A DNA stretch of 57,268 bases, the filler included, from Stramenopiles sp. TOSAG23-6 (lineage: Eukaryota): the NCBI GenBank assembly GCA_900128565.1. It is 4 parts of 4 records of this genome, joined end to end, with 100 filler letters (N's around TTAATTAATTAA, not from the genome) between each part and the next. Parts side by side here need not be neighbours in the genome. Positions count along the whole stretch, not along the records: positions 1 to 14,330 come from LT636143.1; 3 more parts are not named here. One strand, given 5' to 3'. Below, piece after piece: positions 1 to 11,400 of the stretch. Both the position numbers and the translations under genes were made by a program. The notes under the pieces were generated by a model. It was not told the DNA's origin and did not search any database. It saw only the letters and a program-made list of their open reading frames with translations. The number at the start of each line of letters is the position of its first letter. The first letter of the stretch is position 1.

Positions 1-309
1 ATGCTTCAAAATGACAAAAATAATTAATTTTATGACAAAAGCCCACGACAAAAGTTTTGAAATAGTGTCAAGTTCATTATTATCTTGCTTAGCACCCAAT
101 GAGATAATTTGTCTAGTAGCCCCATTAAAATCACCTCTGAAATCAGCAAATTCCAGAAAAATGGAGTCACACAAGATCATTTTAATGGGGCTACTAGAAA
201 AATTATCTCATTGGTACCTAAGCATGGTAATAATGAACTTGACACTATTTCAAAACTTTTGTCGTGGGCTTTTGTCATAAAATTAATTATTTTTGTCATT
301 TTGAAGCAT
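1..309. mobile_element. Foldback/MITE-like element with ~130-bp terminal inverted repeats (left end may extend beyond the window)
   Basis: 1-82 is the exact reverse complement of 228-309. Pairing continues with a few mismatches to about 130/180, leaving a ~50-bp spacer. No credible coding content. Confidence 0.75.
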
Positions 310-465
310 CTATTGTCTCAGAAATGACCGAAATCACGAAAAACGTACCCGACTACCTTAAATTGCTAAATTGGAAAATTTATTCAGTGGAGGAGAGAGC
401 GAGTCTAAAACACGATGCCAAGAAGAAGCGAATTCATTACTCTCCAAAGGTTTTTAGTTAACTAA

Positions 466-2090
466 ATGATGAATTTTAAAAAAGAAATGGAAGAGCCATT
501 TGTTCGATTAGAAACTGGAAATTTATCTGTCGACAGTAGTACGAAGGTAAATGATTTTCGCAATGCCCCTAAAAGTCTTCATTTAGAGAGGAATCAAAGA
601 CAGCCTCAAGCACGGAGTATAGTTGCTTTCCTTCGTATTCATCTTACTGCAGTCGTTTTGTTCACGTCTTTGATAATGGCGTCTTTACAAACTGCAGCTA
701 TGAAAGAATTATCTGATGCAGGTGCACAGAATTGCACGTATACTATATCTGGTAAACGGGATAAACATGCACCCCCAAGACGAACACTTCTGGCAACAAA
801 CTCCACAGGAATTCAATATCTCGACAGACGTTTAGCTCGAAACGGTAGAAAGTATCACCGCCCGACGAATATATTGAATAATGCTGTGAGTCCTTTCAAC
901 ATATTAGTATACGGAAATGTTGTCATTTTTTTTGTTATGTTGACTATTTATGGAAGAATTGAAGTTGTTCGGTCGGCAAAAAAGCTAACAAAGAAGCAGT
1001 GGCTTGTACGTTTTCAAAATTGAACTTCGATTTTTTTTTACTAAGAAAATTTTGTACCTAACGATTTTTTTACTAAAAGAAATATTTCTGCACAATACTT
1101 GCTTTGAGTATGGGGTCATTGTTATATTCCGCGCTATGTCAGTCGTTTACATATTTGGCCCTTCAAGAGACATCTGCAATTAATGTGTCAGTATTGACTA
1201 GACTGGAACCTATAATGATTATGGTTCTAGCGAGGGTTATTTTAAATGAAAAAGTACCAATACATAATATTGCTGCAGCTATTATCTCATTGGTTGGGAT
1301 TTGTATGACTTTTGTTTACCCTACCATCTTTTTAGATACTGATTTTGAGTTTGGTTTAGGTGAGATATTTGCAATAATTGCTGCTACATGTGTTTCATTT
1401 AGTAGTATAATATCAAAAACAATGTTAAAGGAAGTTCCTCTTGGGCTATTCATTATTTATAGATGTTTTCTAGGGACAATTTTATTCTCAATCATAGGTG
1501 CAGTGCTAAATGGAGAATCAAACCTCGTAAATCCTTTTCAACTTTGTTCTGGTGTGTGGTTTTGGATTTTTGAATATGCCGGTCTATCAGTACTAGCTTT
1601 GATATTGTGGTTTGGTGCTGTTAAGCGGGCATCAGCGCAGTTATTATCACTCGCTACTAGTTTTGGATTTGTTATATCTTTAGTTGTATCATACTTTGCT
1701 CTCGGAGAAGTTCCAAGTGAAGCAGAATGGGTTGGTGCAGCACTTATCATTCTTTCATTATTAACTGCTCAGATCGGTGAAGCCTTGAAAGCAAAGCGTG
1801 AAAGATATGTCGTACTTGAAGACGGTAGAAGAGAAACAAGGATAATGTCAGCGGATGGTGAACGTCTTGAAATTTGCTGCTCTTTAGGTGATGCACCACA
1901 TGGAGGTTCTGAAACTAGTATCACTCTCTTACCTTTACATAACAGCAATGGTGAAGATGATAATAATCTAGAAGATACGAATTTCGTAGATGAATTGAAC
2001 AATCTTCGTTTAGGTATTGTGGAAGCATTAGGAGATAACATCGGTGAGGAATGTGCTCCAATAGGTGCAGGAGCTATTATAAGATATTAA
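466..2090 (+). CDS. EamA/DMT-family membrane transporter; exons 466-1005 and 1101-2090
   Basis: Many hydrophobic helices with EamA-like motifs (ALQETSAINVSVLTRLEPI; LGEVPSEAEWVGAALII). The two ORFs join in frame after removing the repeated intron. Confidence 0.8.
1006..1100 (+). other. Repeated-family intron, GT...TT (95 nt)
   Basis: Donor GTACGT, core TTTTGTACCTAAC, end CACAATACTT. Exon TT precedes the donor. An in-frame AAG at 1077-1079 is a possible canonical alternative acceptor. Confidence 0.65.
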
Positions 2091-2120
2091 ATTATAAGAT
2101 ATTAAATTATAAGATATTAA
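2076..2120 (+). repeat. 15-bp tandem repeat x3 (ATTATAAGATATTAA) spanning the EamA stop codon
   Basis: Three exact copies at 2076, 2091 and 2106. Confidence 0.9.
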
Positions 2121-2161
2121 ACTCACACAATAAATACTATTCCATTTATTATTAATCTAAA

Positions 2162-4051
2162 TCATTTTGATTCTTCTAAGTCACATACTACTGGAAGTGA
2201 CATTTTTTTAAGATTTTCAAGATGCCCTGAAAGCTCTGCAGCATTTAATTTATTTTTTTCTAATATATGTTTTACTTTAGAATCTATACTATTCGTTGTC
2301 TTTACTGGTATTTCTGGTATTTCTGATGTTTTTGTGTCAGTTCCACTATGGATTTCTCCAATTGGAGGCTGTATGATAGATTGTTTTGCCTTGAACTGCT
2401 CTAAATCGTGTATTTGTTGAGTGTAATGTTTTATGCGAATATTATAAGATTTCTTCATTTTTTCATGCTCTACTTTTTTCTTTGCAGCACTTACCTTGAC
2501 GCGTTTCAATTCCTTCTTTAATTTGGTCGTTCGCCGCTCGGAAGACTCAACTCGTTTATGTGCTTTTAGAAGAGTTCTCTTTGCTAAAGCGCGAACTTCT
2601 TTCAACGCTATTTCTAATTCACTTATTCTATTTTCATTTCCATTTTTTGATTTTTGGGTTTCTGAATTTTTTTTTCCACCTTCAACATTTGATGTATTCA
2701 TATCTTCATTTTGATTTTTATCACAGTCCCCATTTCTTAACTTTTGAATCAAAATATCTCTCTCGTTTATTTTTTTTCTTGCATCAGAACGAATCTCATT
2801 ACACTCAGCTTGCAATCGGGTAATTTGATCATGTGCATCATGCCGAAGATCAGCAAGCTGTCGAATAATAGATTCTTCCTCCAGACGAATTTTAGTATTT
2901 AATTGTTCGGATTTTTCTATTTTTTTTTGAGCATTTGATTTTGCAACTGATGCCTGTAGTCTGAAAGCTTCCTTCTGTTGAAGCAAAGATTCTTTGCAGC
3001 TCTGAAGTTGGAGCTTTAATTCAAGACGTTCAGATTTTAAGGTATTAATATGCTGATTTAACATTTTCTTTTGTTTATTACCTGCTGCTCTTTCATCCAT
3101 CAGTTTTGTATCAAAAGTATCGCGTTCTCTTTTCCGTTTCATTTCTAAATCTTCACATCGAATTTGTAATGTTCTTATTCTATCTTCAAAATCTGAAACT
3201 TGTTGCAACGATGACTTTAACTGTAAATGAAGTTTTGCATTGATTGAATCAGATGCTTCCGCTTTTTTTTCAGCCATTCGTTTTTGAGAAGAACTTGATT
3301 TTGTCTGAGCTTCAAATTCGGCTAATTTTCTTGCAGTTTCAAGTTTTGTAGTTTGACTCTGGACGTAAATTTCATCACGATTTGATGTGATTTCTTCTAA
3401 CTCAACAGAAAGCATTCGGTTTTGCACATTCAAATCATCTATTTTACCTTGCATTGATCGAAGACGTTCAGGCCATCCCATACTATTTGCTTTTTTTCTA
3501 ACTGACTGAATTTGTTGCTGAAGTTCCTCGACTGTTGCACGGTGGGACTCCTGTTGAGTTGCCAATTCAATATCTTTATGCATAGTAAATTCCTCAAATT
3601 CTGATTTTAATAACTCATATTTATGCTGCATACTAAAAGATTGTTCCTGGTACTTTTCTTTCTCTGTCTTAATTGCTAACAAATGCTCTTTGTGTTTTAC
3701 AGAAACTTCTTCCTGAATTTTCAGTCGCATGAGCTCTTCTTTTCGAGGTGGAGGTAGCTTTGAACGTAATTCATTCAAATTGCTCACTTGTTCTGCCAAT
3801 TGATTATTTAAAATCTGAGTTATATCAGCGTGATTGGATTCACAGTTTTCTTTCTCCTTTATAATATCATCATACTGTTTCTGAAGTTCTGCAAAATTAC
3901 CTCGTCCCTTTATGTGATCTGCTTTTAAACGGTCGTAATTTGACTTGAGTACTTCATTTTGATCCCGTAGAGTACGACACATTGAAACAGTTTTTGCTAG
4001 ATCCACTTGAAGCTCTGTAATTTGATCCATCAATGTGTTGTGTCGTTTCAT
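2162..4051 (-). CDS. CEP83: Centrosomal/distal appendage coiled-coil protein, CEP83 (CCDC41)-like
   Basis: 629-aa coiled coil. N-terminal segments KSNYDRLKADH, PPPRKEELMRLKIQEE and EKEKY...YELLKSEFE resemble the CEP83 N-terminal region as I recall it. Confidence 0.6.
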   Translation of the reverse strand: MKRHNTLMDQITELQVDLAKTVSMCRTLRDQNEVLKSNYDRLKADHIKGRGNFAELQKQYDDIIKEKENCESNHADITQILNNQLAEQVSNLNELRSKLPPPRKEELMRLKIQEEVSVKHKEHLLAIKTEKEKYQEQSFSMQHKYELLKSEFEEFTMHKDIELATQQESHRATVEELQQQIQSVRKKANSMGWPERLRSMQGKIDDLNVQNRMLSVELEEITSNRDEIYVQSQTTKLETARKLAEFEAQTKSSSSQKRMAEKKAEASDSINAKLHLQLKSSLQQVSDFEDRIRTLQIRCEDLEMKRKRERDTFDTKLMDERAAGNKQKKMLNQHINTLKSERLELKLQLQSCKESLLQQKEAFRLQASVAKSNAQKKIEKSEQLNTKIRLEEESIIRQLADLRHDAHDQITRLQAECNEIRSDARKKINERDILIQKLRNGDCDKNQNEDMNTSNVEGGKKNSETQKSKNGNENRISELEIALKEVRALAKRTLLKAHKRVESSERRTTKLKKELKRVKVSAAKKKVEHEKMKKSYNIRIKHYTQQIHDLEQFKAKQSIIQPPIGEIHSGTDTKTSEIPEIPVKTTNSIDSKVKHILEKNKLNAAELSGHLENLKKMSLPVVCDLEESK

Positions 4052-4390
4052 TCTAAACTTTCAAAACAAAGTTGTGTGTTGATATCAATAGTAATGCGTA
4101 AAGAAGTCGTGAAAAAAGTGAAGTTTGAATTTTTGAAAGTTTCGAAAATTTGAATTCAAAATATCACGAAATCGGAGTTTCGGAGTTATAATTAGCAAAA
4201 TGCGGCATATTTCGTGCGTAACTTACGGTAGCTGACTCTATTACCGGCGACTACCGGGCGCGCTCTCATTTATGAAAAACAATCAGTACTAAATATAACA
4301 GGAACTATAAAGCGTTTGATTTTTTACCAACGAACTCGAAGACACATTATTACATCCCCAATATTATTTGCTGAACTTGGCTGAACTCCA

Positions 4391-7300
4391 ATGAAGATTT
4401 TATGGAAAGTGCTCCTTCTCATTTGTAGTGCTCATGAAACACTTGCGTCTCTTTCGTCACAACCACAAGGTCCGCCAGGACAAATAGTTGTTGACCTTAC
4501 TGAGTCTGACAAAATTCCAAGTCAACACCAATTTTTAGGTGCTTCGGTTGGATATCAACTACCAATGGTTGCAGCACAGCCAGTTCTGCCCAATAATCCT
4601 CAGCCTTTTGTAATGCAGTCTACATATCAAGGATATCAACCCTCGTCTTATCATCAACAACAATCGCAATATGGTCAAGGTCCGGGTCAAGGTAACCAAC
4701 AAGGGCTTCAAGAGGACACATCCATGTCTTTAAATGAATTTTCTGATCATCTTCCTGGTTCAGGAATACATCTACCTTTACCTAATTATAATGAACAATA
4801 CGCACAGCAATTACGTCAGCAGCAACAACATCAATTGCAGCAACAACGGCTCTTGCAACAACAACTCTTGCAACAGCAACACTTGCAGCAACAACATTTG
4901 CAACAGCAACGATTGCAACAGCAACGATTGCAACAGCAACACTTGCAGCAGCAACACTTGCAACAGCAACACTTGCAACAGCAACACTTGCAACACTTGC
5001 AGCAGCAACACTTGCAACAACAAAACTTGCAGCAGCAACACTTGCAGCAGCAACACTTGCAACAGCAACACTTGCAACAGCAACGATTGCATCAACAAAA
5101 GCTTGTCCACATGAAACGAGGTCTACAAGTACTGAAGCAAATGCAAGTGAAGCAAGATAAGGCTATTGAAAACGAAAATCTACAAGTCCAAAAAAAGCAA
5201 AAACAAGAAAGAGAATCATTCGATCGTGAATGGGCAGCGAAAGTGGCAATGCAAAAGCAAATGCTAATTGAAAAGCAGAATAAAATAAGCAATCAAAGAT
5301 TGGAAATTGCAGCAAAATTTGACAGTAGAGAATTCTATTTACAATCTGACTTGGAATTTGAAATGAAGAGAAATTCCGACAAAATGGAAGAATTCGAAGG
5401 AATGAAAGTGAAAATAATAATGCAAATTGAGGAGCAAATGAAAGCAAAAAGGGAAGCGTTTGAGAATAAGCAGAAATTATTTGCAGCACAGGTACTTAAA
5501 AAAAACAGTGAAATGCAAGAAAAACTTTCTTATCAAATAATGCAGCAAAGTCAATCAATTGCCGAACATCAAAGTAGTACTACCCAGTCGCCAATTGGTG
5601 TTGGTGGGGCGGGCAGCACAAAGGGCACAAAATCAAAAAAAAATGTTGGTGGTGGGGCGGGCAGCACAAAGGACACAAAATCAAAAAAAAACAAAAAAAA
5701 AAAGTCAAAAACAAAACAAAAAAAATTGTTGAAGATTCGTTTCTTTCCAGAAAATGATGGGGGTGAAGATTTTCGACTCGCTGTAAAAGAAGTGAAGGCA
5801 TTGCCACAATTTATATATGGTATTAATCAATGGACGTCTGTTGAACATAACGGTAATCCCCTGTTTCACAGTGTATTAAAGAAACATATTATAAATACAA
5901 AGATACTTCTTGAAAATGGTGCAAAACCAAATATATCGAATCGTATTACAGGAATGCTTCCGTTGTACGTAGCAGTTCGTCAACAAAGTTCAAAAATTGT
6001 AGAAATGTTATTGAAGATAAATACAGAACAAAAAGGAACAAAGAGAGTATGGTTAATTCCGCAATTCGGTAAAATGAGAAGAGATGCATGTTTTATTTTT
6101 TGCAATTTCGAATTTTCTTTTTTTCGTACGAAATTTTGTACCTAACAAAACAAATATCTTTTTCTTTTCACAATACATGCAGAAAATACCGTGAATTTTC
6201 CTACACCTTTTCATCAAGTTGCGCAAAATGGAAATGTGGAAATCATGAAGTCTCTATTGCAACATCCCATAAAACAGAAAACAAGAGCTAAAATTCTCGA
6301 TGTAAGGAAAAAAGATTCTGGTCACACTGCGTTACATATTGCTTCATTCTATGGACACGTAGAAATTGTAAAATTATTATTGTCAAATGGTGCATCTCCG
6401 GATATTAAGGAGAATCAAGGTCTAACTCCAGTGGAGGTTGCAAACGATAATCAAGAAGTTATTTCTTTATTCAAAAGTTATATACCACAGAAAAAAAGAA
6501 AGACTCGAAAAAAACAAGATGTTGTAAGTAGAGCCAGAAGTGTTGTTCCTGATGATTTTGAATCTGAAAGTGAATCTGAAAGTGAATCTGAAAGTTACGA
6601 ATATCCAGATTCAGGTTCGCTTCATCATAATAATGGTGATGAAGATTATGTGGGAACAGAACATTCAAGACCAGGGACCAGACGAAGTACCAGACGAAGT
6701 AGTGGACTATCCGCCATCGAAAATAAATTATTTTTGAATTCAGATGACGTTGAGACATTGCGCGTATCACTGCACAATAATAGAGCATTTTTGACTCGAA
6801 GGAATAAGCAAGGCGATACAGTTTTATTTCATGTAGTTAGGAATAATTATGTAGACAGTGCAGACCTTGTTTTACAGGCTCTAATACGAAATTCAGGACG
6901 CCGAATGAATGGAACGGATAGTAAGGGTTTTACGCCGCTTCATTTGGCTGTATTTAATGACAGTAGAGATATGGTAATGAAGTTACTTGAATATGGTGCA
7001 AATCCGAGTATACCTATTAAAGCACCGATTCAGAACGAATTTGAAGAGAAATCTCACATTAAATATCAAGGTATGACGCCTTTACATTTAGCTGCACTTA
7101 GCGGACATCTCAATATCTTGTACATATTATTACAAGACAAAAGAATGGACAATCACTTGAACAGTATAGATGATAAAGGTAACACAGCTTTGCACTACGC
7201 TTGCTCTCAGGGACATACAAGATCTGTGTCACATGTATGTTTTATTTTTTTTTCAATTTTGAATTGTTTTTGCGTACGAAAATTTGTACCTAACATTTTT

Positions 7301-8353
7301 TTTTTGAAATATTTTTCCAAAATACATCTCGTCCGAAATTATGTCTCAACCAAAATCAGGAATGATGATGGTAAAAGTGCATACACAATGGCACTTGACA
7401 GTGGTCATACGGAGACAGCTCGAGTATTACTTGAAACAGAGCAACACTTAAAACAACAGAGTAAAGATGAACGTATGGCAAGAAAACGAAAACAAGGTAG
7501 ATTTGTCATTAAAGTTCCACTAAAGGTTCTTTTACAACATCAAAAAGCTTGTAGAGTTGGAGGACCAAAGGGATTTCGTAAAGAAAAACACACCACTACG
7601 ACACTTCTTCTTCCAAGGCTCTTTGGTCATTTTGTTAATGATGATGGTGATGGTGCATTTGATGATGGCGACGAAGGACCATCAAAGAAGAAACAACGTA
7701 TTTCTACTAATTTTAATACTGGTCCAAATTCAGTTACTGCTATCGATGATTCAGGTATTGGCCTTCAAAGTCAAAGCTTACCAACTGAGAAAGATTTAAA
7801 TGCCGTAAGACGTTCTCTATTGACTATACAAAATAATCCAGACTTCAACACCAAGGCTAGATTATCAAAAATACAAAACAAAAACGATTCTTACGGCCTG
7901 ATTGCGACAAAACCGATAAAAAAAGACGAATTAATTGCGTATTATGTGCTTGATCTTTTCGATGGTAGACAGGCAAAGCATGCAGAAAAAGTAATTCAAG
8001 ATTATTATGTTGATATTCCTGAATTTTTGATAAAAGAATCCGAAGTTGATGTGGTAGGTGTGCCACATTTACAAAGTGTTGTAAAATCTGGTCTAAAAAA
8101 CGATGACAACATCAGTTTCTTGGGGTTATTTTCAAATGAGCCAAATCCGCACGAATCTTCAAATGCTGACTTAGGTTGGCTTGAAAACGAAGATGGAAAA
8201 TTAAAAGATGTTGGAGGCCAGGTGAAATTTGCATTATATGCGACTACTGATATACCAATAGGAATTGAAATACTATGGTGTTATCGAGGGTTGTATGTAC
8301 GAGATTATAAAACAAGTTGCCCAAATGATTCATCTTCACCTGGTAACGCATGA
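4391..8353 (+). CDS. Signal peptide + polyQ + ankyrin repeats + C-terminal SET-like domain; exons 4391-6085, 6179-7234, 7328-8353
   Basis: Hydrophobic N-terminus MKILWKVLLLICSAHETLA. Several ankyrin motifs (GHTALHIAS, GFTPLHLAV, GNTALHYAC). SET-like motifs YGLIATKPIKKDE, FSNEP and YATTDIPIGIEILWCY. Confidence 0.8.
4838..5097 (+). repeat. 15-nt coding tandem repeat encoding (QQQHL)n
   Basis: Repeated CAACAGCAACACTTG-like units within the ORF. Confidence 0.9.
6086..6178 (+). other. Repeated-family intron, GC...AT (93 nt)
   Basis: Donor GCATGT, core TTTCGTACGAAATTTTGTACCTAAC, end CACAATACAT. Contains an in-frame stop. ATGCA flanks both sides. The next AG (6181-6182) is out of frame. Confidence 0.8.
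7235..7327 (+). other. Repeated-family intron, GT...AT (93 nt)
   Basis: GTATGT...GTACCTAAC...AAAATACAT. Removal restores exact ankyrin spacing GHTRSVSH|LVRNYVSTKIRNDDGKSA. Confidence 0.85.
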
Positions 8354-8493
8354 ATGATATGAAAATTATTATATTGCAAATTACATTATGTTGCTTCATT
8401 TGTAAGGCATTTTATTTTTATTATTATGATTTTCTAAATAAATTGCCCAATGAAAAAATAGTACTTCAGCGTACACAAACACAAATCAAAACA

Positions 8494-11400
8494 TTAACGG
8501 CGATTTCGATTGTTTCGATTTCCACGATTGTTGGGAGAAACTTTTTTTTTTCCGTTTCTATTGCCGTCACCATTTACTCCAAGACTTTTACGCCCACCAG
8601 ACTGCCTACGAGAGTTTTGTCTTCCGCCATCTCTATTGTCCCGAGAAGATTTTTTTGAACTTTCTCGATGTTTCTCAGCATCCTTCTTATTCTCTCTACC
8701 ATTTGCTCTTGGAGACCTACGAGGTGACTTCGGACGAGTTTTCAATTTATCTTGTTTTGCTTTTTCCAATTTTAGACGTAATGCGCTTTCCGTATTTAAA
8801 CTCGTTCTATTTGAATTTTGTTTCTGTGATCTAGAATTAGAGCTAGGTGGCACTGGGCTGTTATTACCTCGATCTCTCTTGGAACTATTCATATTACTAG
8901 TATTACCATTGTTCATACTACGGTGTCGCTTCACAGGTCTATTAGAAGAAAAAGATATACCTTTAGATTTATTAGCATTTACAACAGTTTCTCTACTTCG
9001 TTTAGAACCTACCTTTGGATTCGAATCTTTATCTCTATCACGGCCACGATCTCTTTTAAAGTTATTTGTATTTGGACGTTCACGACTTCGACTACGATCA
9101 CGACGATCTTTATCACCGCGGATATTTTTTTCTCTATCAAGAGTAGCCCGACCAACATTATTCATATCTTTCCTATACGAACCTCGAGGATCATCTCTAT
9201 TGCGTTTAGGTCCATCACGTCTATCATCACGTTTAGGACCATCACGTCTAGGACCATCGCGTCTATCATCACGTCTAGGACCATCACGTCTAGGACCATC
9301 GCGTCTATCATCACGTCTATCATCACGTTTAGGACCATCGCGTCTTCGATCATCCCCATCTCGACGCTTACCATCTTCGCGGTCTTTCAATCTAGATGAA
9401 GACTGCATCGCTCCATTTCCCGAAACAGCTCTTTCAGATGAAGAATTTTTACGCGTAGATCTACCTTTTTTTGAGTTTGATTTAGCGACTACATCTCCAA
9501 CTGCAGGTTTGAAGCCTTTAAGTAGTTTAGATAATGTCGCATGGTATCGAGATGCCATAATACGCAAATCTTCACGTTCTTCTGCATCTACAAGTTTCGC
9601 CGTATATTTTTCCAGAAGGGCTGAAGTTTTGTAACACCAAGGAAATATTTCAGATATTTTTAGCAAGACTATCAAACCATTTCTAATTTGCATGTAATCA
9701 GATGAATCGAGACATTGCATCATCACTTGCGCAACACGGTCATACCATTTTTGTGATAACTTCTTGAACTGAACATAGGTCAATTTCGTCTTATTCTTAG
9801 AATTACTAGGTTCTACCAGAAAACCGACTTTGCTCTGAGCTCCTAAACCAAATAATTTTGTTGAAGATCGCCAAGATTTAATTAATTGAAATATCTCTTT
9901 TAGGAATATACCAAGGTTACCAGCTTCACACTCAGAAAGACACAACACCGTCGCGGGTAGTGCATTGAAACAGATTTCCAAACACTTTGTCGTGGAGAAT
10001 GAAGGCGTGTTAAGATTGTGTAATAAAAGTATAAATTTGGCAGAGTAACTTGCTCCAGCAGGTGAATACTTCAAACGAGGAAATAATAATCTTCGTACAA
10101 TCTGTTCTGATATAGATTCGGAATCCTTTTCATCAGAGATATTGCAAAGCCAATTTGACTTGGTAAGATTCATCGATTGAAGAACGACACGTGAGCATGC
10201 TTGCTGTGCTGCAAGTTCCCTTTTAAGTTTTGATAAAGAACTAGACAAATTATCATTTGTTTTCCTCCTCAATTTCTCTTCAGCTTTCACCTCAGAACTT
10301 AATTTTCCAAATGTTGAAACAGGTTTATTTGCCAATGCAGCAATACGATCTTTAATTGATTTAATACGGGATTGATATAGTGTTTCTGGTACATATATGT
10401 CATATAACTCATATGTCCAAAAAGTCATATATAATTCAGGCGACAAAGAATTCCATTGATCGGCGAATATTGTTCTAATTGCATTTATCATTGGATTAGC
10501 AAAAGGTTGCCATGGGATTAGGCATGCATTAGAAGATTTATCATCTTTGACTTGTAAAGCACGTCTAAGTGAAGAGCGACACATATTAAACGCAGCAGCA
10601 GGTGACACATTATAATCTAATATAAGCGACGACAACGACGGTAGTGGCAACCTTGAGACAATTTCTTCTGGACTAAGATGCTGGTTTAAAAATTCGCAAT
10701 ACATTCGAAGAGTCACCTGAACATCATCAAAATTTCCACCGATCATTTTAAGATGAGTTCCGGCCACAGATGACTGTGAAAACACAGTCGCATCTAGTTG
10801 TTGACTAATCATAACTAATAAAGGTAAAGCAAATGGTTTCTCGCCGTCCACTAAAGCTTTCTTTAATGATGATGTAGCCCGCGAAGAAATATGTGTAGAT
10901 GATATCGCAAGGATTGAAGTCTGTTGCTTCAATTCACTTCCACCAGCGAGGCCTTCCAACTGTTGATCAGATATCTGATCAAATGTTTCAAGACCTGCAA
11001 CTCGAGCTAATAGCTGCTGCAATATACAAAGATCTACAGATTCATTCGCTTTTAATTTAGTCGTGATAAACTGTAACAATCCAGACATCTCAGTTGTGTG
11101 GTACTTTTTAAAAAATGAGCCAGTGAATTTTGCAAGAGAATTCAACCAATGACTGATATTTGCACCATCCGCTTTTATCCGAGATCGACTACCCCCACCA
11201 AGTTTTGAGACAAGAACACAAACGAGACAATCAGCGGCCATTGGAGTAAGGTATCTAAGTGAATCGACGACGGGTTGAATAAGATTATCAAATGCTTCAA
11301 TACGCATAATAATTGTTTGAAAGACATGCAATGGGTTTGAGTGTGATAGCTTACCAATCTGGCGACCAACAAGACGTACAGTTTCTAATGCTAAACGTTT

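Noticed and set aside
11..461. Three short ORFs at the window start
   Set aside because: They overlap the inverted-repeat element and show no protein-like features.
7235..7327. Interpretation of the intron family as U12 (AT-AC) introns
   Set aside because: No RTATCCTT donor, the branch site is 33-39 nt from the end rather than close to it, and mismatch junctions would need GA or AA starts. Not fully excluded without RNA data.
8510..9634. 374-aa plus-strand ORF and other antisense ORFs
   Set aside because: Shadow of the repetitive THOC2 C-terminus. The same applies to ORFs opposite the polyQ and LRR repeats.
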